Shown: positions 1 through 14,219, counted from the stretch's first letter. The stretch: 64,000 nt of DNA from Pseudomonadota bacterium (GCA_021848825.1 JAJZTQ010000013.1:672-64671), one strand, 5' to 3'. Made by a program: numbers and translations. The notes: generated by a model not told the origin, from the letters alone.

Positions 1-1750
<1,750 letters not shown>

Positions 1751-2857
1751 TTAGATTCTCATCGGCATGACGACATACTTGAAGTCGTCCTTGCCTGGAA
1801 TGGAGATCAGCACGCTGCTGTTGGAATCGCCGAAATCGCAATTGATGGCTTCCGCGTCGATGTTGGTCAGCACGTCGAGCAGGTAGCTGATGTTGAAGCC
1901 TATGTCGAGGGGGCTGCCGCCATACTCGACCTCGAATTCTTCCTGCGCCTCTTCCTGCTCGGTGTTGGTGCAGATGATGCGCAGGTTGCCTTCCGTCAGC
2001 ACCAGGCGCACCCCCCTGATTTTCTCGTTCGAAAGGATGGCGGCGCGCTGCAGGGCCTGGAGAAGCGGGATCCTGCCGATGCTCATCCGCTGCTGGTAAT
2101 TCGCGGGGATGACTTTCGTGTAGTCCGGGAATTTGCCGTCGACCAGCTTGGATATCAGCGATATGCCGGAGAACTCGAACCGGATCTGGTTCTGCAATAT
2201 TTCGAGTGAAAGCGGTTCTTCGGAATCGGTCAGGAGCTTGGCGAGCTCCAGGACCGTTTTCCTCGGCAGGATCACTTCCCTGTTTTCGTATGACCGGTCC
2301 AGTTCGCTGGCTGCGAAAGCCAGCCTGTGTCCGTCGGTTGCGACGACCTTGAGCTGGTTTCCGTTTATCACGAGCAGCAGGCCGTTGAGATAGTAGCGTA
2401 TGTCCTGCTGCGCCATGGAATACTGGACGAGGGAGAGCAGCCCCTTGAGCATTTTCTGGCTGATGACCAGCTTGCCGTTCACCGCTTCTCCCTCGGCAAG
2501 CCTCGGGAAATCTTCCGATGGCAGCGTCTGGAGGTTGAAGCGGCTGGGCCCGGCCTTCACCTGGAGCCTGCTGTCCTGCGAATCGAGGGAGACTTCGGTG
2601 TTGTCTGGAAGCGACCTCAGGATGTCGTGGAGCTTTTTCGCGCCCACGGTGACGGAGAGCTTCTCCCCGCCGCTTTCGCATGGAGTTGAGGCCGTGACCT
2701 GGATTTCGAGGTCTGTCGCTGCGAAAGAAATGGCGTTCCCGCTCTTCTCGATCAGCACGTTCGCAAGTATCGGCAAGGTGTGGCGCCTCTCCACCACGCC
2801 CGTGACGGACTGGAGCGGCTTAAGCAGCAATTCCCTGTTGGCTTTGATGAGTAGCAT
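1751..2857 (-). CDS. dnaN: DNA polymerase III beta sliding clamp
   Basis: 368 aa; VERRHTLPILANV, VVATDGHRLA, LVDGKFPDY and C-terminal YVVMPMRI; lies between dnaA and gyrB. Confidence 0.99.
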   Translation of the reverse strand: MLLIKANRELLLKPLQSVTGVVERRHTLPILANVLIEKSGNAISFAATDLEIQVTASTPCESGGEKLSVTVGAKKLHDILRSLPDNTEVSLDSQDSRLQVKAGPSRFNLQTLPSEDFPRLAEGEAVNGKLVISQKMLKGLLSLVQYSMAQQDIRYYLNGLLLVINGNQLKVVATDGHRLAFAASELDRSYENREVILPRKTVLELAKLLTDSEEPLSLEILQNQIRFEFSGISLISKLVDGKFPDYTKVIPANYQQRMSIGRIPLLQALQRAAILSNEKIRGVRLVLTEGNLRIICTNTEQEEAQEEFEVEYGGSPLDIGFNISYLLDVLTNIDAEAINCDFGDSNSSVLISIPGKDDFKYVVMPMRI

Positions 2858-2879
2858 TTTTTGACCTATGTTGTTGTAT

Positions 2880-4202
2880 TCAATTTCTCAAAATCTGCAG
2901 GAGCGTGTTGAATTCCCTTGCGATCTCCGGGTTGGTCGATTTCAGCTCGACGATCTTCCTGCATGCATGGAGAACCGTGGTGTGATCCCTTCCGCCGAAG
3001 GCGTCGCCTATGTCCGGGAGGCTCAGCTGGGTCAGCTCCTTCGTCAGCGCCATCGCCATCTGGCGAGGTCTTGCCAGCACCCGCGTGCGCTTTTTCGAGT
3101 ACATTTCCGCAACCTTGATTTTATAATAATCGGCCACGGTCTTCTGTATATTTTCTATCGAAACCTGCCTGTTCTGCACCGCAAGCAGGTCCTTCAGGGC
3201 TTCCTTTGCAAGCTCGAGCGTGACGGCATGTCCGGAAAAGCGGCAATAGGCGAATACCCGCTTCAATGCGCCTTCCAGCTCCCTGATGTTGGAGCGGATA
3301 TGCTTGGCGATGAAGAATGCAACGCTTTCGTCCAGCGCCATGTTTTCGATCTCTGCCTTCTTCAGCAGGATCGCGACGCGCATTTCGAGTTCGGGCGGCT
3401 CGACGGCCACGGTGAGCCCCCAGCCGAAGCGGGAGATCAGCCTGTCCTCCACCCCTGCTATTTCCTTGGGATAGGTGTCGCAGGTGATGATGACCTGCTT
3501 GTGCGCGTCGACCAGGGCGTTGAATGCATAGAAGAACTCCTCCTGGGTCCTGGCCTTGCCGCTGAAGAACTGGATGTCGTCGATGAGGAGAAGGTCGAGG
3601 GAATGGTAATACTGCTTGAAGTCGTCGAATGCCTTGTGCCTGTAGGCCTTCACGACGTCCGACACATACTGTTCCGCATGGGTGTACCGAATCTTCGCAT
3701 CCGGATGCCGGTCGTGCACCAGATTGCCTATCGCCTGGATGAGATGGGTTTTCCCCAGTCCCACGCCGCCGTAAATGAACAGCGGATTGTAGGCGATGCC
3801 GGGATTCTCCGCGATCTGGATCGCTGCAGCCCTCGCCAGCTGGTTCGCCTTTCCAGGCACGAAGTTGTCGAAAGTGAATGATTTGTTGAGCCTGCTCTGC
3901 TCCCGGGGCGAGTACTTGCTTTGCTGCTGTGCCTGAGGAACAGCGGCCTTCTGGTTCGGATTCGGGGTCTCTGCGGAAACCAGGTCGAACTTGAACGGTT
4001 CGCCGAAGAATTCTTCCGCCATCTGTTCAATCTTGGAAAGGAACCTGTCCTTGATCCATAACGTCACAAAAGGGCTGGGCGTGACGAGCGCGTAGGACTC
4101 CCCGGTCAATTCCAGCCTGAGGGGCTTGATCCAGGTGTTGAACTGCTGCGCTGTCAATTCGCCTTTGAAGCGCTCGAGACAAGCCTGCCAGAATTTTTCC
4201 AT
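2880..4202 (-). CDS. dnaA: Chromosomal replication initiator DnaA
   Basis: [16 protein letters not shown] (Walker A), LLIDDIQF (Walker B), RELEGAL, and the domain IV motif [15 protein letters not shown]. Start is ATG 4202 (MEKFW), or the in-frame ATG at 4208. Confidence 0.99.
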   Translation of the reverse strand: MEKFWQACLERFKGELTAQQFNTWIKPLRLELTGESYALVTPSPFVTLWIKDRFLSKIEQMAEEFFGEPFKFDLVSAETPNPNQKAAVPQAQQQSKYSPREQSRLNKSFTFDNFVPGKANQLARAAAIQIAENPGIAYNPLFIYGGVGLGKTHLIQAIGNLVHDRHPDAKIRYTHAEQYVSDVVKAYRHKAFDDFKQYYHSLDLLLIDDIQFFSGKARTQEEFFYAFNALVDAHKQVIITCDTYPKEIAGVEDRLISRFGWGLTVAVEPPELEMRVAILLKKAEIENMALDESVAFFIAKHIRSNIRELEGALKRVFAYCRFSGHAVTLELAKEALKDLLAVQNRQVSIENIQKTVADYYKIKVAEMYSKKRTRVLARPRQMAMALTKELTQLSLPDIGDAFGGRDHTTVLHACRKIVELKSTNPEIAREFNTLLQILRN

Positions 4203-4264
4203 TTGCATTTTTTCTATTTGTAAACAAATAGATGTGATTTGAATCTCGATTTGGGAATACCGGT

Positions 4265-4293
4265 ATTCTAGCCCCTTTTGGCGGACTTATCCA
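4265..4293 (-). promoter_or_regulatory. Putative sigma70 promoter of dnaA
   Basis: On the minus strand: TGGATA (4293-4288), 17 bp, TAGAAT (4270-4265). Confidence 0.55.
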
Positions 4294-4295
4294 CA
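4287..4295 (+). promoter_or_regulatory. Perfect DnaA box
   Basis: TTATCCACA in the dnaA-rpmH divergent gap; overlaps the putative dnaA -35. Confidence 0.85.
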
Positions 4296-4326
4296 GCCTG
4301 GATCGAAAATTTCGAAAAAAATAGAG

Positions 4327-4356
4327 TTGACAGGTGCGATCATAAAAGGGTGTAAT
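4327..4356 (+). promoter_or_regulatory. Putative sigma70 promoter of the rpmH operon
   Basis: TTGACA (4327-4332), 18 bp, TGTAAT (4351-4356); GGAGG RBS lies before ATG 4383. Confidence 0.65.
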
Positions 4357-4382
4357 TAATAGTTTTTCGATGGAGGTGCATT

Positions 4383-4517
4383 ATGAAGCGTACATATCAA
4401 CCTTCGGTTACCCGGCGCAAGCGTACGCATGGTTTCCTGGTCAGGATGAAAACGCGCGGCGGACGCGGTGTGATCAGGGCTCGCCGCGCGAAAGGGCGTG
4501 CCAGGCTCGGCGTTTAA
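4383..4517 (+). CDS. rpmH: 50S ribosomal protein L34
   Basis: Not in the ORF track (44 aa). Manual translation: [44 protein letters not shown]. Confidence 0.99.
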   Translation: MKRTYQPSVTRRKRTHGFLVRMKTRGGRGVIRARRAKGRARLGV

Positions 4518-4522
4518 GGCGG

Positions 4523-4888
4523 GTGCCGTTCAAGCTTCCGAGATCGTATCGCTTGTTGAAGGCGGACGAATTTTCGTCCGTTTTTAGTTTCAGGCGGGGC
4601 GCCTCGGGGGAGTTTTTTCAGCTGCAGGTGAGGCCGAACGGGCTTCAGCATGTCAGGCTTGGAATGGTCATGGGGAAGAAGGCCGCGAGGCTCGCTGTAG
4701 ACAGGAATTATGCGAAGAGGATGGTCAGGGAATATTTCAGGACCAACCAGGCGCGTTTCGAAGGGCTGGATGTCGTCGTGAGGCTGAGGAAGGCGCTGGG
4801 GAAGACATGCCCAGCCGTCGTCCGGCAGGAATTGCGTGAATTGGCGGAGAGGGTGGCGAATGTCGCGTCTCTTGATCGGGCTGATTAG
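4523..4888 (+). CDS. rnpA: Ribonuclease P protein component
   Basis: GTG start in the frame of ORF 4370..4888; [21 protein letters not shown] and the RNR-like [13 protein letters not shown]; rpmH-rnpA-yidD-yidC synteny. Confidence 0.96.
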   Translation: MPFKLPRSYRLLKADEFSSVFSFRRGASGEFFQLQVRPNGLQHVRLGMVMGKKAARLAVDRNYAKRMVREYFRTNQARFEGLDVVVRLRKALGKTCPAVVRQELRELAERVANVASLDRAD

Positions 4889-5069
4889 GGCTTATCAGTA
4901 TTGTCTGAGCCCCTTTCTCGGCCGTTCCTGCCGCTTCGCGCCGAGCTGTTCCGAATATGCCTGCCAGGCGCTGGGTAAGTACGGTTTTTTCAAGGGATTA
5001 TGGTTGGGGGCGAGGCGGATTTCCAGGTGCCATCCATGGCATCCCGGAGGATATGATCCCTTGCCCTGA
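4860..5069 (+). CDS. yidD: Membrane protein insertion efficiency factor YidD
   Basis: [36 protein letters not shown]. Confidence 0.97.
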   Translation: MSRLLIGLIRAYQYCLSPFLGRSCRFAPSCSEYACQALGKYGFFKGLWLGARRISRCHPWHPGGYDPLP

Positions 5070-5086
5070 CGTAACGGTAGATATTC

Positions 5087-6718
5087 ATGGACAATAAACG
5101 GCTGATTGTTTTCCTCATTTTTTCCCTATCCGTGCTGCTGCTCTGGCAGAAATGGGAGACTGAGCACACGCCTCCCCAGCCGCAGCAGGTCAAGCCTTCG
5201 GCGTCCGTTCCTTCACCTGATCAGAAGCTGACGGAGAAGCCTGCTTCATCGGTCGATACCGGTTCGGAACTGCTGAAAGGCAGTACCATCCATGTCAAAA
5301 CGGACGTGATGGATGTCGGCATCAGCACAGTGGGCGGCGACCTGCGCAGCCTCGATCTCTTCAAGTACCACGATTCGAAGGATCCCGAAAAGCCCTATTC
5401 ATTCTTCCACAGCGGAGGCGGGAGAACCTATGTCGCGCAGTCCGGGCTGATCGGGGAAGGGCTGCCCACACACAGAACCGTTTTCACCTCGTCTTCTTCC
5501 GAATACGAACTGAAGCCCGGGCAGGACATGCTTCAGGTCAGGCTGGAAGGGCCTGAAAATGCGGGATTCAGGGTCGAGAAGATTTATACCTTCCGCAAGG
5601 GCAGCTATGTCGTCGACGTCTCCTACGACATCAGGAACCTCGGGACATCGGCCATCCAGCCCTACGCTTATTTCCAGCTGCTGAGGGACGGAGAGGCGCC
5701 GGAAGGGGATACGCGTTTCGCGAAGACCTATACGGGGGTCGGCGTCTACACGGAAAAATCGAAATTCGTCAAAGAGAATTTCGGCGAAATCGCCAAGGGC
5801 AAGACGGACTACCCTAAAAACGACGATAACGGCTGGATCGCCATGATCCAGCATTACTTCGTCTCCGCATGGATTCCCGAGGAACATGCCAAGCGCGAGT
5901 ACTACACGAAGCAGATCGGAACCGACCTGTATTCCGCCGGCATCGTGATGCCCGTCGGCAGCATAGCCCCCGGGAAGGAAGGAAAGATAAGCGTTCCTCT
6001 CTATGTCGGTCCGCAGGAGCAGAACCTGCTTGCAGGCCTCGCCCCAGGGCTCGACCTGGTGGTCGATTACGGATGGCTCACGGTCATCGCGAAACCGCTT
6101 TTCTGGGTGCTTTCGATGTTTTACAAGTGGGTTCAGAACTGGGGCGTGGCCATCGTCTTGCTGACGGTGTGCATCAAGCTGATCTTCTTTCCGCTTTCCG
6201 CCGCAAGCTACAAGTCGATGGCGAAGATGCGGGCGCTCAATCCCAAGCTTCAGGTGCTCAAGGAACAGTACGGTGAAGACAAGCAGCGCATGAACCAGGC
6301 GATGATGGAGCTCTACAAGACTGAGAAGGTCAATCCGCTCGGGGGATGCCTGCCCATCCTCGTCCAGATTCCCGTCTTCATCGCGCTCTATACCGTGCTT
6401 CTGACCACGGTCGAGCTCAGGAACGCCCCTTTCATGCTCTGGATCAAGGATCTTTCCATCCCGGATCCCTATTATGTGTTGCCGCTGATCATGGGCGTCA
6501 CGATGCTGCTCCAGACGAAAATGAATCCTGCCCCCCCTGACCCCATCCAGGCCAAGGTGATGCAGATCATGCCTGTCGCGATGAGCATATTCTTTTTCTT
6601 CTTCCCCGCGGGGCTCGTGCTCTACTGGCTGGTGAACAATATCCTCTCGATCTCCCAGCAATGGTACATCACCAGGACGATAGGCAAGGAGACCGCTGCG
6701 CTGAATGCGAAGCGATGA
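5087..6718 (+). CDS. yidC: Membrane protein insertase YidC
   Basis: 543 aa; N-terminal TM helix, periplasmic domain, [30 protein letters not shown]. Confidence 0.98.
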   Translation: MDNKRLIVFLIFSLSVLLLWQKWETEHTPPQPQQVKPSASVPSPDQKLTEKPASSVDTGSELLKGSTIHVKTDVMDVGISTVGGDLRSLDLFKYHDSKDPEKPYSFFHSGGGRTYVAQSGLIGEGLPTHRTVFTSSSSEYELKPGQDMLQVRLEGPENAGFRVEKIYTFRKGSYVVDVSYDIRNLGTSAIQPYAYFQLLRDGEAPEGDTRFAKTYTGVGVYTEKSKFVKENFGEIAKGKTDYPKNDDNGWIAMIQHYFVSAWIPEEHAKREYYTKQIGTDLYSAGIVMPVGSIAPGKEGKISVPLYVGPQEQNLLAGLAPGLDLVVDYGWLTVIAKPLFWVLSMFYKWVQNWGVAIVLLTVCIKLIFFPLSAASYKSMAKMRALNPKLQVLKEQYGEDKQRMNQAMMELYKTEKVNPLGGCLPILVQIPVFIALYTVLLTTVELRNAPFMLWIKDLSIPDPYYVLPLIMGVTMLLQTKMNPAPPDPIQAKVMQIMPVAMSIFFFFFPAGLVLYWLVNNILSISQQWYITRTIGKETAALNAKR

Positions 6719-8030
6719 AAGCATAGCGGCTATAGCCACGGCGCCCGGAAGGGGCGGCGTCGGAGTGGTCAGGGTTTCAGGGAGCCTTGTCCCGGCGATG
6801 ATGGAAAAGATTCTGGGAAAAAGGATAGCGCCGCGAAACGCGAGCCTCTGCGATTTTCTGGACGCCACGGGCGGCGCGATCGACAGGGGTATCGCGCTCT
6901 ATTTCAAGAACCCCCATTCCTATACAGGCGAGGATGTGCTGGAGCTCCAGGGCCACGGCGGACAGGTCGTGCTCGGCATGATCCTGGCCAGATGCATCGA
7001 ACTCGGCGCGAGAATAGCGGAACCCGGGGAATTCACGAGAAGGGCCTTCCTCAATGACAGGATAGACCTCGCCCAGGCCGAGAGCGTTGCCGACCTGATA
7101 GACGCATCGACTGCAAGCGCGGCAAGATGTGCGATGCGCTCGCTGCAGGGAGAGTTCTCGGAAAAGGTTCGTGATCTGGTGAGCGCCCTGATCAATCTCA
7201 GAATGCTGGTCGAGGCGACGCTCGATTTCCCTGAAGAGGAAATCGATTTCCTTGCGGAAGGCGATGCAGTCGGAAAGCTCGGAAGCATCAGAGACAAGGT
7301 GAATGCCGTCCTTCGCTCGGCGCAGACCGGAAGCCTTATCCGGTCGGGAATCCATGTCGTTTTCGCAGGGCAGCCCAATGTGGGCAAATCGAGCCTGCTG
7401 AACAGGCTCTCAGGCGAAGAGCACGCCATCGTCACGGACATACCGGGAACGACGCGGGATGTCATCAGGCAGTCGATAGAGATAGAGGGCATCCCCTTTC
7501 ATATCATAGACACGGCGGGGCTCAGGGAATCCGAGGATCCTGTCGAGAAGATAGGCATTGCAAGGACGAGAGAAGTGATCGAGAGATCCGACATGATCCT
7601 CTATCTCGCAGACTGCTCGAGAGGACTCGACGAGGAGGACGGGAAGATTCTGGCGAGCCTGCCCGGACTTCCTCGTTTGATCGTCTACAACAAGGCCGAT
7701 CTTTCTGGGAAGCCTGCCGGCATCGAAATGGATGGCTCGGTCCGGCTATCGGCGAAAAGCGGTGAGGGGATCGATTCCCTGAAAAGCAGGATGCTCGAAC
7801 TCTTTTCCCTTCACGAGCCGGCCGAGACGCAGTTCGTCGCGAGGCAGCGGCATGTTTCTGCGCTCAGGGATGCCGACGCCTTCCTTGAAAAAGCCGGAAA
7901 GGCGACCCAGGCGGAGGTGTTCGCGGAAGAGCTGCGTCTCGCGCAGGATTCGCTTTCGAGGATAACCGGGGAATTCACCCCTGACGATCTCCTTGGTGAA
8001 ATCTTTTCGAATTTCTGCATAGGCAAGTGA
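6705..8030 (+). CDS. mnmE: tRNA modification GTPase MnmE (TrmE)
   Basis: [18 protein letters not shown] (G1), IPGTTRD, DTAG, NKAD and C-terminal FCIGK. Confidence 0.99.
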   Translation: MRSDESIAAIATAPGRGGVGVVRVSGSLVPAMMEKILGKRIAPRNASLCDFLDATGGAIDRGIALYFKNPHSYTGEDVLELQGHGGQVVLGMILARCIELGARIAEPGEFTRRAFLNDRIDLAQAESVADLIDASTASAARCAMRSLQGEFSEKVRDLVSALINLRMLVEATLDFPEEEIDFLAEGDAVGKLGSIRDKVNAVLRSAQTGSLIRSGIHVVFAGQPNVGKSSLLNRLSGEEHAIVTDIPGTTRDVIRQSIEIEGIPFHIIDTAGLRESEDPVEKIGIARTREVIERSDMILYLADCSRGLDEEDGKILASLPGLPRLIVYNKADLSGKPAGIEMDGSVRLSAKSGEGIDSLKSRMLELFSLHEPAETQFVARQRHVSALRDADAFLEKAGKATQAEVFAEELRLAQDSLSRITGEFTPDDLLGEIFSNFCIGK

Positions 8031-8046
8031 TGTTTCACGTGAAACA
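8031..8046. promoter_or_regulatory. parS site, perfect 16-bp palindrome
   Basis: TGTTTCACGTGAAACA immediately after the mnmE stop codon. Confidence 0.95.
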
Positions 8047-8097
8047 GCATCAAAAGTGGAGTATCATGGCCTCCTCGATTCCACCATTCCCAGGGCA

Positions 8098-9984
8098 ATG
8101 CATCCAGTAAAGTTTGACGTCATCGTCGTCGGCGGCGGTCATGCCGGAACAGAAGCTGCGCTCGCTTCGGCGAGAATGGGCAGAAAGACCCTGCTGCTCA
8201 CGCACAACATCGAAACCCTGGGCCAGATGTCCTGCAATCCAGCAATAGGGGGGATCGGCAAGGGCCATCTGGTGAAGGAAATAGATGCCCTGGGCGGCGC
8301 GATGGCGATCGCGGCAGACGAGTCCGGGATACAGTTCAGGGTGCTCAATTCCAGCAAGGGCTATGCAGTCAGGGCGACGAGAGCGCAGGCTGACAGGATG
8401 CTCTATCGACAGGCGATCAGGAGGCGTCTGGAGTCCCAGGAAAACCTGTGGCTCTTCCAGCAGGCGGTCGACGACCTGATTCTCGAAGGGGAGAAGGTTG
8501 CGGGGGTGGTGACCCAGCTGGGAATAAAATTTTCATCGGAGACGGTCGTCCTGACTGCGGGCACATTCCTTTCCGGAATGGTTCATGTCGGGCTGAAGCA
8601 CTACCAGGCGGGAAGGGCCGGCGATCCGCCATCGCTCAGCCTCGCATCGAGGCTCCGGGAGATCGATCTTCCCGTGGGTCGGCTGAAAACCGGCACGCCG
8701 CCGAGGATACACGGCGCAAGCATAGACTTCTCTGTTTTGGCGATGCAGCCTGGAGACGAGCCGGTGCCGGTGTTTTCATTCATGGGAAATGCGCAGATGC
8801 ATCCGAGGCAGGTCCCCTGCTGGATTACCCATACGAACGAAAGAACTCACGAGATCATCAGGGCGGGGCTGGACCGCTCGCCGATGTTCACCGGCGTGAT
8901 AGAAGGGGTCGGTCCGCGCTATTGCCCCTCCATAGAAGACAAGGTGACGAGGTTCGCGGACAAGAAAAGCCACCAGATCTTCCTCGAGCCGGAAGGGCTC
9001 GATACCAACGAATTCTATCCGAACGGGATTTCCACCAGCCTTCCCTACGATGTGCAATTGGCGCTCATCCATTCGATGAAAGGGCTCGAAAATGCCCATT
9101 TGACGCGCCCGGGCTACGCCATAGAATACGACTACTTCGATCCGCAATATCTTAAAAAGTCTCTAGAAACCAAGAAGATACAGAATCTCTTCTTCGCCGG
9201 ACAGATAAACGGAACGACCGGTTACGAGGAGGCGGCAGCCCAGGGGATTCTTGCCGGAATCAATGCCGCGCTGCGTTCGGCCGGACGGGAAGCCTGGAGC
9301 CCCGGGCGCGAAGAGGCTTATATCGGCGTGATGGTGGACGACCTCGTGACGAGGGGTGTGACCGAACCGTACAGGATGTTCACCAGCCGCGCCGAATACC
9401 GGCTGCTTCTGAGGGAGGACAATGCCGACGCGAGGCTCACCGAAGAGGGAAGGAGGCTCGGCGTGGTCGGGGAAGAGAGATGGGCGAGATACTGCGAAAA
9501 AAGGGAGGCGATCGAAAGGGAAACCGAGCGCCTGAAATCGACCTGGGTGAATCCGAAAATGATTTCCGCAGCCGACTCGGAGCGGATACTGGGCAAGGCA
9601 ATCGAGCGCGAATACAGCCTTTTCGAGCTATTGAGGCGGCCCGATGTGGAATATCGCGCCCTCCTCGAGCTGGATCCGGCCGGCATGGCGGCCGATTCTG
9701 AAATCGCGAAACAGATCGAAATTCAGGCGAAATACCATGGCTATATCGAGCGGCAGGAAGCCGAGATCGAAAGCAGAAGACAGTACGAATCGCTTCCCCT
9801 GCCGGCGGATTTCGATTATCGCAAGATCAGGGGGCTTTCTGCGGAAACGCAGCAGATACTCAACAGGCACAAGCCTGAAACGATAGGGGACGCTTCCCGC
9901 CTTTCCGGCATCACGCCTGCCGCCGTATCGCTTCTTCTGGTGCACCAGAAGCGGGGTTTCGACAAGGAAAAGCTTACGGCATGA
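8098..9984 (+). CDS. mnmG: tRNA uridine 5-carboxymethylaminomethyl modification enzyme MnmG (GidA)
   Basis: [12 protein letters not shown] (FAD), [34 protein letters not shown]. Start placed at ATG 8098; the ORF track starts at 8056. Confidence 0.99.
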   Translation: MHPVKFDVIVVGGGHAGTEAALASARMGRKTLLLTHNIETLGQMSCNPAIGGIGKGHLVKEIDALGGAMAIAADESGIQFRVLNSSKGYAVRATRAQADRMLYRQAIRRRLESQENLWLFQQAVDDLILEGEKVAGVVTQLGIKFSSETVVLTAGTFLSGMVHVGLKHYQAGRAGDPPSLSLASRLREIDLPVGRLKTGTPPRIHGASIDFSVLAMQPGDEPVPVFSFMGNAQMHPRQVPCWITHTNERTHEIIRAGLDRSPMFTGVIEGVGPRYCPSIEDKVTRFADKKSHQIFLEPEGLDTNEFYPNGISTSLPYDVQLALIHSMKGLENAHLTRPGYAIEYDYFDPQYLKKSLETKKIQNLFFAGQINGTTGYEEAAAQGILAGINAALRSAGREAWSPGREEAYIGVMVDDLVTRGVTEPYRMFTSRAEYRLLLREDNADARLTEEGRRLGVVGEERWARYCEKREAIERETERLKSTWVNPKMISAADSERILGKAIEREYSLFELLRRPDVEYRALLELDPAGMAADSEIAKQIEIQAKYHGYIERQEAEIESRRQYESLPLPADFDYRKIRGLSAETQQILNRHKPETIGDASRLSGITPAAVSLLLVHQKRGFDKEKLTA

Positions 9985-10583
9985 GACTGAAGGAAGGTGT
10001 GGAATCCCTCGGCCTCGATCTCCCGCCGCGCTCTATCGAAAAGCTGGAAAATTATGCGGCCCTGATCGAAAAATGGAACAGGGTTTATAATTTGACTGCG
10101 ATAAGGGAAAGGGAAAAGATCGTCACCCATCATCTCCTTGACAGCCTCTCGGTTCTGCCCTGTCTCGCTGGACGCGATTTCGCCGACGTGGGAAGCGGCG
10201 CAGGATTGCCGGGAATCGTGATGGCCATCGCAAGACCGGAATGGGAGGCAGTCCTGATAGAAAGCAACAGCAAGAAGGCCGCCTTTCTGAAACAGGTCTC
10301 CATAGAGCTCGGGCTTTCCAACGTTTCCGTATTCGAAGGAAGGGTGGAAGACCTGAAAGAAAGGCAATTCGATATCGTCATTTCGCGCGCCTTCGCGGAA
10401 ACAGGGGAATTCGCCAGGCTTTCCATGCATCTGTGCAGGGGCTGCCTCGCGGCGATGAAGGGAAGGCGTTTCGAGGACGAACTCTCGAATCTTCCTCCGG
10501 GCGTGAAGGTCGAAAGCGTCTTCCCCCTGGATGTGCCTGGCCTCGAAGGGAAAAGGCATCTTGTCATCATGAATCTGGAGTAG
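9981..10583 (+). CDS. rsmG: 16S rRNA m7G527 methyltransferase RsmG (GidB)
   Basis: [33 protein letters not shown]; ATGA overlap with mnmG. Confidence 0.98.
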   Translation: MRLKEGVESLGLDLPPRSIEKLENYAALIEKWNRVYNLTAIREREKIVTHHLLDSLSVLPCLAGRDFADVGSGAGLPGIVMAIARPEWEAVLIESNSKKAAFLKQVSIELGLSNVSVFEGRVEDLKERQFDIVISRAFAETGEFARLSMHLCRGCLAAMKGRRFEDELSNLPPGVKVESVFPLDVPGLEGKRHLVIMNLE

Positions 10584-10586
10584 CTT

Positions 10587-11369
10587 ATGGGCGCGAGAAT
10601 ACTGGCGATCACCAACCAGAAGGGCGGCGTTGGGAAAACCACTACAACGGTCAACCTCGGCGCGAGCCTTGCCGCTGCAAAAAAAAGGGTCCTGCTTGTC
10701 GATCTCGACCCGCAGGGAAATGCCACCATGGGCAGCGGCATCGAAAAAGGCGCGCTTTCGAAGACGGTCTATCATCTGCTGATCCTCGAGAAAAAACTCG
10801 ACGAGGTGAGGATGATGTCGCCGGCAGGCGGATACGACGTGATTCCCGCGAACAGGGAGCTAGCGGGCGCCGAGGTGGAACTCGTAGGCGAATCGGGGAG
10901 GGAAACCAGGCTCAAGGAAGCCCTTCATTCGGTATCCGGAGAATACGACTACATCCTGATAGACTGCCCCCCGGCGCTGAATCTGCTGACAGTGAACGGC
11001 CTGTGCGCGGCGCACGCCGTGATGATCCCCATGCAGTGCGAATATTACGCACTGGAAGGACTTTCCGACCTTATCAAGACCATCAAGCGGGTCAGGGCCA
11101 ACCTGAATCCCGATCTCCAGATAGAGGGCTTGCTGCGGACCATGTTCGATCCCAGGAATACCCTCGCCCAGCAGGTCTCGGATCAGCTCCAGCAGCATTT
11201 CGGAGACAAGGTGTACAGAACGGTCATACCGCGCAACGTCAGGCTTGCCGAGGCGCCGAGCTTCGGCTTGCCCGCGATGGTGCACGACAGGAATTCCAAG
11301 GGCGCCTCGGCCTATCTTACGCTCGCCGGGGAAATCCTGAACAGGCATATGCAACAGGTGAACAGATGA
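10587..11369 (+). CDS. parA: Chromosome partitioning ATPase ParA (Soj)
   Basis: NQKGGVGKTT, DLDPQGNAT, IDCPP, MQCEYYALEG, IPRNVRLAEAPSFG; follows rsmG. Confidence 0.98.
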   Translation: MGARILAITNQKGGVGKTTTTVNLGASLAAAKKRVLLVDLDPQGNATMGSGIEKGALSKTVYHLLILEKKLDEVRMMSPAGGYDVIPANRELAGAEVELVGESGRETRLKEALHSVSGEYDYILIDCPPALNLLTVNGLCAAHAVMIPMQCEYYALEGLSDLIKTIKRVRANLNPDLQIEGLLRTMFDPRNTLAQQVSDQLQQHFGDKVYRTVIPRNVRLAEAPSFGLPAMVHDRNSKGASAYLTLAGEILNRHMQQVNR

Positions 11370-12196
11370 CGAAATTGAAGGGATTGGGAAGGGGGCTTGA
11401 AGCGCTCCTGGGCGCAGAAGAAGGATCGCAGGGGGAAATGAGAAAACTTACCCTTTCTGACCTGCAGCCGGGAAAATACCAGCCCAGAAGCAGAATGGAC
11501 CAGGAATCCCTGGCGCATCTCGCGGAATCGATCAAGTCCCAGGGGGTCATGCAGCCCATACTGGTCCGCCCGATAGAGGAGGGCAAATACGAGATCATCG
11601 CAGGCGAACGGCGCTGGCGCGCATCGAAGCTTGCAGGGCTCGAGGAAGTGCCGGTTCTCGTCAGGGAAGTGCCGGATGAAGCTGCGCTCTCGATGGCCCT
11701 CATCGAGAACATCCAGAGGGAGGATCTGAATCCCCTGGAACAGGCGATAGGCATCCAAAGGCTGGTCGACGAGTTCGGCATGACCCACCAGGAAGCGGCA
11801 GATGCGGTAGGGTATTCCAGGAGCGCAACCAGCAACCTGCTTCGCCTGCTCAATCTCACCCAGCCGGTCCAGGATTTGCTGATGCAGGGAAAGATAGACA
11901 TGGGCCACGCAAGGGCACTGCTCAGCCTCGGCAACGCAGAACAGATCGAGATCGGCAACCTGATCGCGAAGAAACAGCTTTCCGTCAGGGAAGCCGAAAG
12001 AATCGTTCAGTCCCGCCTCAACGGCGAGCGCCAGGAAAAAACGCAGGATAGGGATGTGCTGAGGCTGCAGGAAGAGATAGCGAACATCCTGGGCACCGGG
12101 GTGACGATTTCCCACGGAAAGAAGGGCAAGGGAAGACTCACGATAGAATATTCGAGCCTGGAGCATCTCGACTCCATCCTCGGAAGACTGCATTGA
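11366..12196 (+). CDS. parB: Chromosome partitioning protein ParB (Spo0J)
   Basis: MTKLKGLGRGLEALLG, YQPR, GVMQPILVR, IIAGERRWRA, ENIQREDLNPLE and an HTH. Real start is ATG 11366 within ORF 10241..12196. Confidence 0.98.
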   Translation: MTKLKGLGRGLEALLGAEEGSQGEMRKLTLSDLQPGKYQPRSRMDQESLAHLAESIKSQGVMQPILVRPIEEGKYEIIAGERRWRASKLAGLEEVPVLVREVPDEAALSMALIENIQREDLNPLEQAIGIQRLVDEFGMTHQEAADAVGYSRSATSNLLRLLNLTQPVQDLLMQGKIDMGHARALLSLGNAEQIEIGNLIAKKQLSVREAERIVQSRLNGERQEKTQDRDVLRLQEEIANILGTGVTISHGKKGKGRLTIEYSSLEHLDSILGRLH

Positions 12197-12221
12197 CAGC
12201 CGATCAAAACGTTGATAACAT
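12193..12221 (+). promoter_or_regulatory. Putative sigma70 promoter of the atp operon
   Basis: TTGACA (12193-12198, overlapping the parB stop), 17 bp, TAACAT (12216-12221), with an extended -10 TG at 12213-12214. Confidence 0.7.
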
Positions 12222-12244
12222 CCCCCCGATTGTCTGATGGCGCG

Positions 12245-13712
<1,468 letters not shown>

Positions 13713-13739
13713 GCGGGACCTAACCGAAGGAGAACTTGC

Positions 13740-14210
13740 ATGAACATCAATGCAACCCTTCTCGGCCAGACGATCATGTTCGCCATGTTCGTCTGGTTCT
13801 GCATGAGATTCGTCTGGCCCCCCATCACCAATGCCATGGGCGAACGGGCAAAGAAGATTTCCGACGGCCTTGCCGCGGGCGAGCGTGGGAAAACGGAACT
13901 CGAGCTTGCTACGAAGCGCTCGCTCGAAATCCTCCACGAAGCGAAGCAGAAGGCAGCCGAGGTGATCTCGCAGGCAGAGCACCGCGCATCGCAGATCGTG
14001 GAGGAGGCCAAGAACAGCGCAAAAGAGGAAGGCGAGCGCCTCCTCTCGGGTGCAAAGGCCGAAATCGAACAGGAAGTGTTCCGTGCGCGCGAATCGCTCA
14101 GGGATCAGGTTGCCTCGCTCGCCGTTGCCGGCGCGGAGAAGATCCTGAGGCAGGAAATCGATGCCGGAAAGCATGCCGAGCTTCTCAAGACCATTCGTTC
14201 TGAGCTTTAA
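13740..14210 (+). CDS. atpF: F0F1 ATP synthase subunit b
   Basis: [28 protein letters not shown] followed by a coiled coil. Confidence 0.98.
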   Translation: MNINATLLGQTIMFAMFVWFCMRFVWPPITNAMGERAKKISDGLAAGERGKTELELATKRSLEILHEAKQKAAEVISQAEHRASQIVEEAKNSAKEEGERLLSGAKAEIEQEVFRARESLRDQVASLAVAGAEKILRQEIDAGKHAELLKTIRSEL

Positions 14211-14219
14211 GGGATCGTC

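Noticed and set aside
10241-11365. Apparent long N-terminal extension of ParB (651-aa ORF)
   Set aside because: It overlaps rsmG and parA out of frame. The ParB N-terminus (KGLGRGL) begins at ATG 11366 in an ATGA overlap.
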